From Minutocellus sp. GHC0000111 (Eukaryota): DNA of 64,000 bases. The DNA lies in contig OZ361260.1 of the NCBI GenBank assembly GCA_977018835.1, positions 1,302,001-1,366,000 on the forward strand. Direction: 5' to 3'. The notes under the pieces were generated by a model. The model saw nothing but the letters and a program-made list of their open reading frames with translations, made no database searches and was not told the origin of the DNA. Numbering within the stretch: the first letter of the stretch is position 1; the number at the start of each line of letters is the position of its first letter. The translations under genes and the position numbers were made by a program. Positions 1 to 12,049 of the stretch are shown one piece after another.

Positions 1-73
1 TTATATTTCAGGTTCATTACATGAGAGAATTTCTTCACTTACAAATGCTTATTGATTTGTATTGACTTGGCAG

Positions 74-1444
74 GTGGATGGAATAATATTCGAATGTCGC
101 TGGAAACAATATTCATCATTGCATTGGCGCTCTATCGGACGTTGGTACTGCCACCGCCAATGCCATTGTATCTGCTCAACAAAGACAAAGGCGACAAGCA
201 TAGGGAATTTGGTAATTTTTATCCGCTCAAAAGTTCTCAATGGCGCGAGAAGCTCAATATCATATCCACGGAGGAATTCTTGGAACGGGAAGGCGGAGTG
301 GATGGAAGATTTCCGATACCGGCAGAGAATCGAACGGCGGTGCTCAATGCGGCCAAGGGTTGTGTTCACATGAAGAAAGCCGACAACTTTTGTGGACACT
401 TGGATCATTATTTGCAGACCGTTGGCACGGTGCCGGTATATCACGCCCAACCGTATGATCCCGACAAGAAGAAGCGAGAAGGGTGCTTTGTGTGGGACGT
501 AAAGGCGTATCAGAATGGTGGAGGCTCTGCGGCGGACAAAGATGTGCAGGAACGAGCAGAGAAATTCTGTACTGAGGAGCGACACCCCTTCTATTTTACC
601 AAGGAACTCAACGTCAATCCAATTGTCCATTTCAAGGCCAGTGAGAAGGGGTACAGGTGCGTCTATTCATGGGATTGATAGGTACTGACTTTTTTCTCAT
701 TTGCACCATCTCTCATGCGCTTCCTTACACTTCTCTCCCAACTTTTCTCTCTCGTGCAGACTGTGCCAGCACTTTTACGGCGCAATGCTATTCAGTGACC
801 CGGCAATTGGAAACTATTACAAACGCTTCGTCCGAGACTATATGCGCTATCATGATGAGATATATTGCGCGGCAGGCAAGGTGGTCAAGGCGCTACGGAA
901 AGAGGGAGCTGATCGAGGCTTTGAAGTCGACACTGAAACAGAGGTTGGCGGCTTCTCGGCAATGCACATCCGGCGCGGCGACCTACAGTTCAAGTCTGTC
1001 AAGTTCGGACCTGAGCAGTGGTGGGAGAACACCAAAGAAATCTGGAAGCCGAAGGAGATTCTTTACATTGCAACAGATGAGCGGAATGCTACATTTTTCG
1101 CCCCGCTGAAAGAGCACGCGGACATACGATTTCTTGACGACTACTTCGATGAATTCAATCTCGGTGAGCTCGATCCCAACTACTTGGGAATGATCGACAC
1201 CATCATTGCCACGCACGGGCGGGCTTTTGCCGGTACATTCTTCTCTACCTTCAGTGGTTATATCATCCGAATGCGAGGATATAAAGGCACACCCATGAGG
1301 GACAGCTATTACAGCTTGTTGAAACGTAAGTACGAAATGAGATCATATTACAACGGTCCAGCTCGGCAGATTTTCTCGCACGAGTGGCAAGATGGATGGC
1401 TTGGAATAGACGGCGATACCGAGCCAGAGCATACTATAATATAG
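74..1444 (+). CDS. GDP-fucose protein O-fucosyltransferase family protein, 5'-partial; exons 74-656 and 760-1444
   Basis: GWNNIRM motif, HIRRGD and LYIATDE motifs, and FAGTFFSTFS. The GT-AG intron 657-759 joins KGYR|LCQHFY in frame. Confidence 0.85.
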
Positions 1445-1696
1445 AATAGAATAAGATACCATCGATGCCATGTTATCGCTTAAGGGTGCCAAAGGCTGTG
1501 CACGCAATGCCCAAGATGAAGCTTCTGCCAATTTGTTCGAAGCAATATGGCCAATCAGCAAGGGGTGTCGATACCATCAGACGTTATGTTACTCATTGCC
1601 CATACCATGGTCCGATCCATGACTGGTTCAAGAGGAACAAGCTTCGGCCATCAAAAAATTACCATCCGCTATCGTGCCGCTATCGTGCCGCAAGAT

Positions 1697-2571
1697 CTAA
1701 TAACGACCATATCCACCATCGCCGCCCTGGTTGCCGCCGCCATATCCGCCGCCACCCTGGCTGTTGTCATCATTGTAAGACGACCATCTGCGTGCCGACC
1801 CCTGAACTGGGACTCCACCGGGCCCACTGATACTCTCGGCGCGGCGGCGTCCACCTTCCTCTTCCACAATGTCGAATTCGACCTCCTCACCATCACCGAG
1901 GCTCTTGAATCCGTCAGAATGAACGGCCGAGTAGTGAGCAAAGCAATCGGGGCTGCCATCGTCGGGGACAATGAATCCAAAGCCCTTCTTGGGGTCTGAG
2001 TACATCAGGGGTGGGAGAGAGTATGCGCCAAAATCCACGGGTTGACATCACGGAGGCGAGAGAGGAGAGAAAAATGTGAAGTTTGAGGTGAGATGATGTA
2101 GTCAGACGTGTGCCAGCGCAAAGTGGCAAGACGCACCAATATCACATCAGCACCGAGCCATCCAATGCGACATTGTGTGAGCCAATGTGTATGCCGGACA
2201 GCTCTTATCTGGGAGCTCCGAGATCATTCGTGCTCAGATTCGTCCATGACGCCAAAAGATAGCTGTAACACAGCTCAAACACACAAATGCCCATCAGATG
2301 AGAAGATCAGACAAACGCCACCTTCAATCCAACAATGCATCACAAGTGCCCATTTGCGCCCCCCAATCCACATGGAATGCCTCCTTGCTCAAGATTGCCA
2401 ACTGCACTCACCGAACCACTTCACAACTCCTTTCGAGCGTCCGGCGGCATCGTCCGAGAAGGCGCGAAGTGCATTGAAGAAAGCAGGCTGCTCAGTAGCG
2501 ATCATTGTCTGGCGCGAAAAGGCACCAGTGCGGAGAGCCGAACGGCCAACGGAAGCGATGGAGCGGAACAT
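1697..2571 (-). CDS. Cold-shock domain protein with Gly-rich tail and putative mitochondrial presequence; exons 2571-2412 and 1995-1697
   Basis: Splicing gives KGVVKWF-DPKKGFGFI...FAHYS (CSD RNP motifs). The N-terminus is Arg/Ser/Ala-rich (MFRSIASVGRSALR), and the C-terminus carries GGGGYGG. Confidence 0.9.
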
Positions 2572-2764
2572 AATGATATGGGGGCCGGATGTTGGCAAAA
2601 AGGGCACAATAAATAATGAACGGTGGAGCGGCGCCGGCTCAGCAAATCTCATGGCCGCGAAAAAAGGCGTCTTGCTTCGCCCGGCCAGTGAGTCTGAGCG
2701 ACAGCTGGCAGCGCGACACAGCAGCCGAAGCAACAGCAAGCAAAACACACATGTCTGCTCAGAT

Positions 2765-2921
2765 TGACGGAGGTGCAGTATTGCGAGTGCATTGGTAGGG
2801 ATATCGGATACGGATGTAGGGAGGAGGATGTGATGCTTTGGAGTGGGGTTGGAGGTCGTTTAGGGGTAGATTTACGCGGTTTGCTAGGGTTGGCGGGGTG
2901 AATTTTGAGATGAAAAACATG
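2765..2921. repeat. Solo partial copy of the 186-bp satellite unit
   Basis: GACGGAGGTGCAGTATTGCGAGTGCATTGGTAGGG... is near-identical to the units at 3899, 4085 and 4271. Confidence 0.9.
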
Positions 2922-3031
2922 CAATAGATTGGTGTTCGGTCGGGGTGCCATCTGTAGGGCTTGTTAGCCCGCACCTACATGCTCATAATGGATCAGGCAA
3001 GCTAGATGCTCAGCACTCTTGCTGAGAGCAA

Positions 3032-3398
3032 TCAGCTCATAAGCATGCGAACTACTAGTTGTCATAGAGGTTATCAATATGACTGCAATGGCTTGCCCCC
3101 CGGCCTCCACACGTGCATAGATCTAGATGTAGATCATGATATGCTGGTGGCAATGTTAAATCAGCTCGTCGTAAGCATGCGAACTACTAGTTGTCATAGA
3201 GGTTATCAATATGACTGCAATGGCTTGCCCCCCGGCCTCCACACGTGCATAGATCTAGATGTAGATCATGATATGCTGGTGGCAATGTTAAATCAGCTCG
3301 TCGTAAGCATGCGAACCACTAGTTGTCATAGAGGTTATCAATATGACTGCAATGGCTTGCCCCCCGGCCTCCACACGTGCATAGATTTAGATGTAGAT
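3032..3398. repeat. 132-bp tandem repeat, about 2.7 copies
   Basis: AAGCATGCGAAC starts at 3041, 3173 and 3305. Confidence 0.95.
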
Positions 3399-3629
3399 CA
3401 ATCCCTGTGTGTGTGTGATCCGGCACACATGCATTTGAAGGCATGTGATTTCACAGGACCCTCAGGTCCGACTCATGCACCTCACATCACCACGCTAGCA
3501 GCTTCACTGTGTAACCTTTTCTTCTATTCTTTCCATTTGCTTCACCAAACTATTTACACACAGAAGCTTCCATGGTTATGTCTTAGAAATAGACTTTTCA
3601 AGCAAAGAGAGGATTGATGCAATGAGGCT

Positions 3630-4450
3630 CTAGGGTTGGCGGGGTGAATTTTGAGATGAAAAACATGGATTTTTGTGGTGCGAAATGAGAACAGATGTAG
3701 AGGTAGGGTTGACGTTTGTGCAGTATTGCGAGTGCATTGGTAGGGATATCGAATACGGATGTAGGGGGGAGGATGTGATGCTTTGGAGTGGGGTTGGAGG
3801 TCGTTTAGGGGTAGATTTACGCAGTTTGCTAGAATTTTGAGATGAAAAACGTATGGATTTTTGTGGTGTGAAATGAGAATAGATGTAGAGTTAGGGTTGA
3901 CGGAGGTGCAGTATTGCGAGTGCATTGGTAGGGATATCGGATACGGATGTAGGGGGGAGGATGTGATGCTTTGGAGTGGGGTTGGAGGTCGTTTAGGGGT
4001 AGATTTACGCAGTTTGCTAGAATTTTGAGATGAAAAACATGGATTTTTGTGGTGTGAAATGAGAATAGATGTAGAGTTAGGGTTGACGGAGGTGCAGTAT
4101 TGCGAGTGCATTGGTAGGGATATCGGATACGGATGTAGGGGGGAGGATGTGATGCTTTGGAGTGGGGTTGGAGGTCGTTTAGGGGTAGATTTACGCAGTT
4201 TGCTAGAATTTTGAGATGAAAAACATGGATTTTTGTGGTGTGAAATGAGAACAGATGTAGAGTTAGGGTTGACGGAGGTGCAGTATTGCGAGTGCATTGG
4301 TAGGGATATCGAATACGGATGTAGGGGGGAGGATGTGATGCTTCGGAGTGGGGTTGGAGGTCGTAGATTTACGCAGTTTGCTAGAATTTTGAGATGAAAA
4401 ACGTATGGATTTTTGTGGTGTGAAATGAGAACAGATGTAGAGTTAGGGTT
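3630..4450. repeat. 186-bp G/T-rich tandem repeat, about 4.4 copies, most containing TTAGGG
   Basis: GACGGAGGTGCAG starts at 3899, 4085 and 4271, and GAGTTAGGGTT recurs in the units. Confidence 0.95.
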
Positions 4451-4461
4451 TGTAGTGACCC

Positions 4462-4708
4462 TAGGTCAAGACACCAGGGTCAGGGCCAGGACCAGGGTCA
4501 GGGTCAGGGTTTTGCCTGAGGCTGTGGTCAGGGTCAGGGTCAGGGTTTTGCCTGAGGCTGTGGTCAGGGTCAGGGTCAGGACCTTGCCTGAGGCTGTGGT
4601 CAGGGTGGCCAAGGTCAAGGTCAGGGCCAGGACCTTGCCTGAGGCCAAGGTCAAGGTCAGGGCCAGGCCCTGAGAAACAGGGCGAGGGTCAGGGTCAGGG
4701 TTAGGGGC
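4462..4708 (+). repeat. Telomere-variant tract of (TCAGGG)n with higher-order repeats, ending in TTAGGG
   Basis: Many GGTCAG/TCAGGG hexamers interleaved with TTGCCTGAGGCTGTGG blocks. Confidence 0.85.
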
Positions 4709-4719
4709 AGTTAGTGGAT

Positions 4720-5467
4720 TGTTAGGGATGTTAGCTGTGGTGCATGGGATGAGTATTGGATGGTTTGGCTTGTGTTTGGAGGATTTGCAGATGTAGATTT
4801 ACATGGTTTGGTAGTGTCAGGGTCAGAATCAGGGTCAGAATGAGGGTCAGGGTCAGAATTATTAGATGACGACTAGACGGAGAAGGAGGTGTAGGAAGTA
4901 GAGTAGATTGATAGGGATGTTAGCTGTGGTGCATGGGATGAGTATTGGATGGTTTTGGTTGTGTTAGGAGGATTTGCAGATGGAGATTTACATGGTTTGG
5001 TAGTGTCAGGGTCAGAATCAGGGTCAGAATGAGGGGGTCAGGGTCAGAAATATTAGATGACGACTAGACGGGGAAGGAGGTGTAGGATGTAGAGTAGATT
5101 GATAGGGATGTTAGCTGTGGTGTATGGTCCGGCAGGAAATTGCGACTTTTCCCGTACTTCGCCGCGTTGGAAACACGGACGACGGAAAAACGAATGTCCA
5201 GTTTTTGGGTCGAGCGGCTCACCTAAAGCTGGACCAACTCGAAAACTGAGGTGAAGATAGGGTTAGATGACGACTGACTAGACGAAGAAGAAGGAGGTGT
5301 AGGAAGTAGGGTAGATTGATAGGGACATTAGCTGTGGTGTATGGGATGAGTATTGGATGGTTTGGGTTGTGTTTGGAGGTTTTGCAGATGAAGATTTGCA
5401 GGGTTTGGTAGTGTTGGTGGCATGATTTTGCATGGAAAATTGAGATGAAAATAGGGTTAGATGACGC
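4720..5467. repeat. ~190-bp degenerate tandem repeat containing TCAGGG motifs; third copy interrupted at about 5126-5255
   Basis: AGGGATGTTAGCTGTGGTG starts at 4724, 4913 and 5104, with a variant at 5321. Confidence 0.85.
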
Positions 5468-6145
5468 CTAAGGTGTGGAGTGGTTTTGGCCCAAAAATAG
5501 CGCGACGTTGTGTGTGAGTTGTGCTGCTTCGTGGCCCAAAAATAATAGTAACTACCAATGACCTTCTCATTTTGGCCCAAAAATAGGATCTAGTCGAGCG
5601 AGTCATTTGTCCGAATGAAACGACGAAGCTCCGTACGTAGGCAGGCTCGTACATAAAGTAATCCCGGAAGCTGTTTTTCGCCGTTTCATTCAAACAAGTA
5701 GCGTTCAACAATCATCCGACTCGAACACAACACGTGCTGCTTTTTGATCGCATCAATGCGCTCTCGCTGCCTCGATGCTGCATCGACCATAACAGCGAGT
5801 TCAACAACGTATTGATCAGCCATCTACGTGACGGCCGGCCTTTCATTGTCCGCCGTTCAATCACAATCCGCTGATCACCATTCACCCGCCGCTCGTCGGT
5901 CCGCATCATCCGCCTGCCGTTCGTCCGCTGCTCTCATCCGCCGCATCATCATCATCATCATCATCCGACATCACAGTTTCGTGCTATCTCATTTGGGAGA
6001 GATATCAACACACGAATAGGCAGAAGATACCACGGGGGCGTGGGAATTCGAACTCTCCGGTTTGGTGCCAAAAGAGTTCCATACGGTTGTAGACATCCGT
6101 CCGACCCGCCCCCATCACATGTGGTGCCTGCTGTGATCCCATCAG

Positions 6146-9100
6146 ATGGATGTACAAGTACCAGTAGATACCGGTACCGATACTGGTGCTTCCAGCACCG
6201 GGGCCGGTCCTCAAAAAGGCTTGAGCGCTTCTTGCTCAGATATTGTTTGCAAGCGGTGCAATGTGCGGATTTGGCATGATGGCCAACCATTCGAGCGTAT
6301 CCGGATGGAAATGTCCCGGCATGTGAATTTACATAATGGCCGATGCCGACCAGATGGAAATTTCAAACCGGCAAAGGAGGCCAAGATGCTGGTGGAGCAA
6401 ATGATCATAAATCAGAATCTTTTTGAGGTCCGCGGCGCAAGAGAATGTGACTTTCTCCGCAGGGAAGATGCAAAGGATTCACATGAATGCAGCAGCTGTA
6501 CAAAGTTGTTTGCTACTTTTGATCAGGCAGATCATCATTGCAACTATACGAGATGCAAGGTTGTCCGGCCACCGCCGAGGGCAGTTCGTATCCATTGTCA
6601 TGTCACTGTCGGTGGTACTTTGGTTCGCGCGGTCGGAAATGCCCGGCGGAGATTGGATGATACTTTTTCGGCAGTGCCGATGCCAATAACGCCGGCAGCA
6701 AATCCAATTATTGCAGGACAGAGTGCTGACATGCCTCCACCTCCAGCAGCTCCAGTTTTGCAGCATAATACCGATAATGGTAAGTGTTTGGAACATGCAT
6801 ATTAATCCATATTTTATGTGCCACCATTCGTATCTCATCATGATATCTCACATGCATGTCTTATTTTTGGCTCATGCTACAATAAAATTTACAGATTCAG
6901 ATAATGCAACTGACATCAATACACGTACCGGCGCAGCTGCTTCTGCTGCTAATGCTACTACCACTCCTGTTGCTCCCTCTCTTCCACCAGCAACGCCGAT
7001 GCATCCTCAAGGTACCACCATCACCCCATCTACGGTGTGTCAATATCAGGCCCCGGCAGTTAGGAGAGCTCCTCCTTCATTCTCCTCTACCATCACCACC
7101 GCTCCTGCCTCTACTGTGTCTCATCCTCGCAATCCCTGTCTATTAGCTTTCGATGAGCTATCTTCCATCATGCAAAGAGGTGGCGCCATTCCTTCTCCTC
7201 CCCGAGCTACCAATGAGGCCACAACATCACCATGCTGCCCTCTTGGTCTCACCGGCAAGGATCTCGCCTCTCTGGTCCCATTGCTCGGATCTCCCGAGGA
7301 CATCTCAGCCACCGTATCTTCGACACAACAGCTCTCCTCCACCGCCGCCATTACTTCATGTGGGCAGCTAGTTGTGCAAAAAGCTGCAGAGCATTGGATA
7401 TGCCACCTCGCCCGGCATCATGTGGAAGCATTTTGGCCCACCGTCCGAGCCCAGCTGCAGCATGTGGGCGCAGTGACTGATGATGAGCACGAGATGACAT
7501 CATCTGGTGTATTTTCCTTCCGACAGGAGGTAGATGGTCTCGTTGATACGGTGGAGGCTCTTGCCTTGTCTTTGTACAATGATGTTCCTCACCGCCACCC
7601 AGTGCTTCATGAAATAGTCTCCAAGTCCATCAGATTGATACCGGGGAATGCAGACAAGGCCGCCGAACTAGTGTCAAATACTTACATCTTCGGTCTCATG
7701 TTTTATCAGGTGCTCCTTGAAAAACCATCCCATGCAACTGAATCATCATGGCTTTCTCGGTTTGCTGTATCTCATTGCTTTCATAAGCAATACGCGCAGT
7801 ACAAGATTTACAGTCCCGGCACCTGCAGCAAAAAGATAGCAGCCATTCATTCTGTCTTGCGCATAGCGGCCTGTACGTATCTTTTTGCTCATCCCGCCGA
7901 TTGTGTTCCAGATTATCCTGATTTCTGCATGAGATTCATGCAAGAAATAAGCCAGTCTGCCCAGAACAGCCGCATTGCTGGATTGACATCATTTTTCCGG
8001 AATTGTGAAAGTAGATCTACATTTCAGGAGCCGCCGACGGAAGTAGATCTGCAGGGCAACTACTGGTATGGTAATCACAAGTATGAAAAAGAGAAGATCC
8101 AGAAATTTATACCATCATTGAATGATATCATAGTTGGTGCTCTGGATTCTATCATTCTTGGAGATGAGTGGAAGGATGCAGTAGATCCGGAGAATGAACT
8201 GTTGGTGGATCTAGTTCCATCTACTGGTGCTGTGCAGATAAAGGTACGGTACCCGAATGGCCAGGTCACACAATTTTCTCAGTTCACATCCTCAAACAAG
8301 ATGTCAAATGATGCCAAGGAAGAAAATGCGGGTACTATTATGGCTGCAGCATTGGTATCATTTCAAATAGAAGGATGTGGAGCTCCCCGGGGGAAGGAGC
8401 TGTTGCGCATGCACCGGCACGACATTCTTTGTAGCGCTGGTGTCTTGCACTATGAGACCGTAACCGGTAAGCCCAAGGCTACCGTACGTAGCTATCAGAG
8501 GAAGCTTTCTCCCAAGAGTTCAAGACTGGTAGCAATAGTCATGAATTTATATGAGCGGGGTGAGAACAATCTGCTATTTGATTTGCATTACAAAGATGCA
8601 GCACCGCTGATTGGAGAAATATGGCGCCGTATCTTGGATTTGATAGAAAGGTTGGATTTCTAGAGTCCCGTCAAATTGTTGCTTGTCATTTGAATCAAAT
8701 GGAAATAACACATCCATCATACAACTTTCAAGAGCTTGGGAAGGTATGTACATGTTTGATATTATGTGATACAATTTCAATTGCATTCTATTTTATACAT
8801 GTATCCAGATGATGACATCTCATCTACATTGTTGTTGTCATTTCAGCAAGTAGCGCCGGGATCTCTGGCTGTTGGAATGCAGCATAACCACTCTACTCAA
8901 GCCAAGCACTATCCAAGTCATCACTGGGCTCTATCTGGAAATGCTTCCAATTTGTATCATCATTCTCTTGGCGCTGATCTAGATTCATGGGTGGTGGGGG
9001 CGGTGAGGGATGAGCAGTACTCTGATGCCCAGCTTCTTGCTGCCCTTCGAAAAGTGCTCAACAACGAGTCTGCCGAGTTTCGCCAAGGCCAACTTGAGCT

Positions 9101-9260
9101 TTGCCGTGCTGGTATTGGCCAAGGAAAGCAGAACTCTTTCTGTGACTTCCCTACCGGTACCGGAAAGTCCATCGTTCAGTATGTGCCTCTCATGACCCGA
9201 GAAATGTTCGGCTCTGTCGAGGGCTGCACGGTGGTAGTAGTTCAAACAAAAAACACATGA
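6146..9260 (+). pseudogene. Telomere-linked-helicase-like gene: Cys/His Zn-binding region, putative tyrosine-recombinase-like core and N-terminal RecQ/DEAD helicase motifs; frameshifted and truncated
   Basis: CKRC..H..H and CSSC..HHC motifs; intron 6780-6894; GAPRGKELL, ESRQIVAC and QHNHSTQAKHY motifs; EFRQGQLE and FPTGTGKS (Walker A), then TVVVV and a stop. Confidence 0.65.
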
Positions 9261-9764
9261 GTGAGACGAAGCAAGTCAACATGTAGCATGTCTGCTTGAT
9301 ACATTTTCAAAGTAGCGAGAGTCAGATCACCTAGTAGCTGTGGAAAAATCGGGTTGTCAGCAGCAAGTTGTCTGATAGCAATTGGACTATCGATTGATCA
9401 ATCATCACGTTCATCGCTCCTATAAATAGCACGGGCAGAATTATCACACAGAAGTCAACTTACCTCCATAACAATCTTAGCGCTCGACTGGAAATGTTTG
9501 GAAGGGAGAGGCGTGGAAATTTGAAGAGAGTAAGCGTGCTGCCTTTTCCTGCGCTTGGTGCTGCTCAGATAAAGCTTGAAAGACATCCACCAAACTAGCT
9601 AGTCTCAGAGCGCACATGAAAATAAAGAATTGGGTTTCTCCGTCATGAAGGTTCGGATTATAATTTTGCTTCCAAAGTCATCATCATAGATTGCTATTTG
9701 GGAAGGAGGTGCGTACAAATGTTGCCTGACAGCACTCACCAGTCAAGAGACAGGAAATTCGCCT

Positions 9765-11769
9765 TCAACCCACGCGCTGATAGATTGCGTAATTATCGTA
9801 GACGACGTGTCCATTACGGAAAATAGGAATGTACAAAATTCGATGCAGAAATGACGTCCGATCTACACTGAGATATTTGTATTGCGCGACTTGTCGCCAT
9901 TTCTTTGCACCATCCTTTGCGATGTATTGCAAGCCTTCCGGTACGTGAGCTCCAGAAGTGTCATCTTCGTTGACCAGTTCAATCACATACGAACATGTCT
10001 TGATGTCGACATATCTGTCCTCTTCCTCTTCATTCATATCGTTGAATTTCCCTTTTTGAACGGTAAGACTTTTCTCTTGGGATCCATACTCGGTGAATGG
10101 CTGGGGTAACTGACCTCCAAAGGATGATTTGAGAAATCCGAGGTGGGCGTTGGGAGGGAGGTAGAAAGAGGAAGGATAGCGATACCATTCCCCGCCCACA
10201 CAGACCGTGACGGGTGTATCATGATTGGCGGCTATCACAGCATCGTGCAAGTGCGCATATGTCTTGAGTGGAGCGGAGTAGTTGACAACCAGGGCGGCGG
10301 ACCTGCTAATTGAAACCAATACAATCGGTATCAACGCGGCCGCGAGAAGCCCCTGCTTTGTCTTGTTCTTGTCATTCCGGTTGAGAGACGATGCAATTAG
10401 CTGCCCCATAAGATGAATTATGATAGAGGCTACTTCCTCAACAATCATCCCAGCACCGGCGCATAGCATAGGGTAGATAGGAAAGAGGAATCGTTCCTCC
10501 TTGTGCGGTCTGGGCGCTACAATCGCCAGCCAGACATACATCGGGAGAAGCACGAGCATTTTGCTGGTGAACGCTTCCGTGGTGGGACAGCTCTTTAATA
10601 ATCTCTTCAATACGACGACTGGTAGGGCGAAAAGACCCAGTATAGACACAAAGTTGAGGTTGAGAAATAGATTCTTGGCGTAGTACGATAAGGGCTCGAT
10701 TCCATATAGCTCGTCTCCCTGTCCCTTCGTATTGTAGACGAATATGTTGAATGTAGGCGATACGATTTTGCCGTAGTGAAAGTAATCGATGGTCATGACA
10801 ACAATCTGAATGACTGTGGCATGAAGGGCCGTCCGTGCCAAAAGTCTGACAACAGCACCGATGTTGGGAGCTGATCCATTGCTCTTCCCTTGCATAATGG
10901 TCCCAGCTGCCTTCCACACAGCCCAAAGGCCGGTGGTTACAAACAATACCGCCGAAAAGGGCCAACCGAAGGCCTGAACGGCAATTAGTCCCAACACAAT
11001 CGCCTCGGCATCATTACCCCGTAGCTGCGCCGCGGCGCTGCACATCCAGCAGGACATGACATGCGCCGAGGGTAAGTAGGCCGGTGCCGCGTGGAACATA
11101 CCCGCGGAGCTGAGGGAGGCGATGAGGAAGAAGGTGGCGACCGTCGGCGATATGTTCTGCAAAAGGGCATTGTATAGATTGATTTCGGACATGGCCGTCA
11201 TGGCTGCCAGCGTTGATCGGAGCATACAGAATTGGAGCGGCTTGATGGCCACAAATGGGAGGGATAGACTTCGACCGAGGATGCCGATGAGACTTGAAGG
11301 CAGGATGGACAAGAATCGCTCGTACATCTTAGACAGCAGGGCCATCGGGACGAGGTAGGCATATGTTCGGAGGGCATACTGCGCCCCATATTCCCATGTT
11401 TGCATTCCGCTGTAGTAGTATTGAGCGGAGGGCAGGGGGTGGGTAGGTACATAAATTCTGAGCGGCTTGCCAACAGAATAAAATAATAACCCATCGTAAA
11501 CGTGCCACGTGCAAGTCGAGAAAGCGAGGTATTGTGCACTTTACTCACGTTCCGAAGCGAAGGAAATGCATCGGCTCCCAGTAATTGTAGACCTCATCGC
11601 AATCGGAGATGGGGGCAAGGTTGGCCAACCCAATCCGGAGGGACACAATCAGAACCTCCAGCGTCGTCGACGAGACGGTGACACCACCGAGGGTCAGGGG
11701 CGAGGGAGAGGGGGAAGCCGTCGGCTCATTTTTGGTGCTGCTGCTCGACGAGGCCGAAGCGGCAACCAT
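9765..11769 (-). CDS. ALG9: Alpha-1,2-mannosyltransferase ALG9 (GT22); exons 11769-11549 and 11409-9765
   Basis: ISDCDEVYNYWEPMHFL|GMQTWEY across the intron, plus PHKEERFLFPIYP, EWYRYPSSF and GQLPQPF. Confidence 0.95.
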
Positions 11770-12049
11770 CGACGCAACGCACAGCGCGGCGAGCGATATG
11801 GGATACGAGAATCAGTTGGGGTATCGGACGGCCAACAGGGAGCCGTTTGTCCGGTCGGCACCCGCCACGCCTGAACACTGACTACAAATCATGCAGTCAG
11901 AAGATACAAACGCTTGACGTATGAAGCCAGACCGTTCCTTACACTCCCGAACTGATTTTTTCTCCTGTTTTCAGTCAAAAACGTAAAAAGAACGGCGTAG
12001 AGCGGCATGGAGACGCTCTCATCTTTGGCCAGCACATCCTCCGGAGACC

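Larger units (their letters stand above)
2760..9286 (+). mobile_element. Repeat-rich, degenerate TLH-like (recombinase/helicase) element; boundaries approximate
   Basis: A block of satellites, telomere-variant tracts and a disrupted helicase gene between ordinary genes. The 10-bp direct repeat CATGTCTGCT occurs at 2750-2759 and 9287-9296. Confidence 0.5.

Noticed and set aside
3006..4673. ORFs 3006-3617, 3554-4297 and 4413-4673 with repeated peptides
   Set aside because: They are translations of 132-bp, 186-bp and hexamer repeats whose periods are multiples of three; there is no protein-family signal.
3032..5467. CRISPR-like array
   Set aside because: The units are long head-to-tail repeats without unique spacers, the context is eukaryotic, and there are no cas genes.
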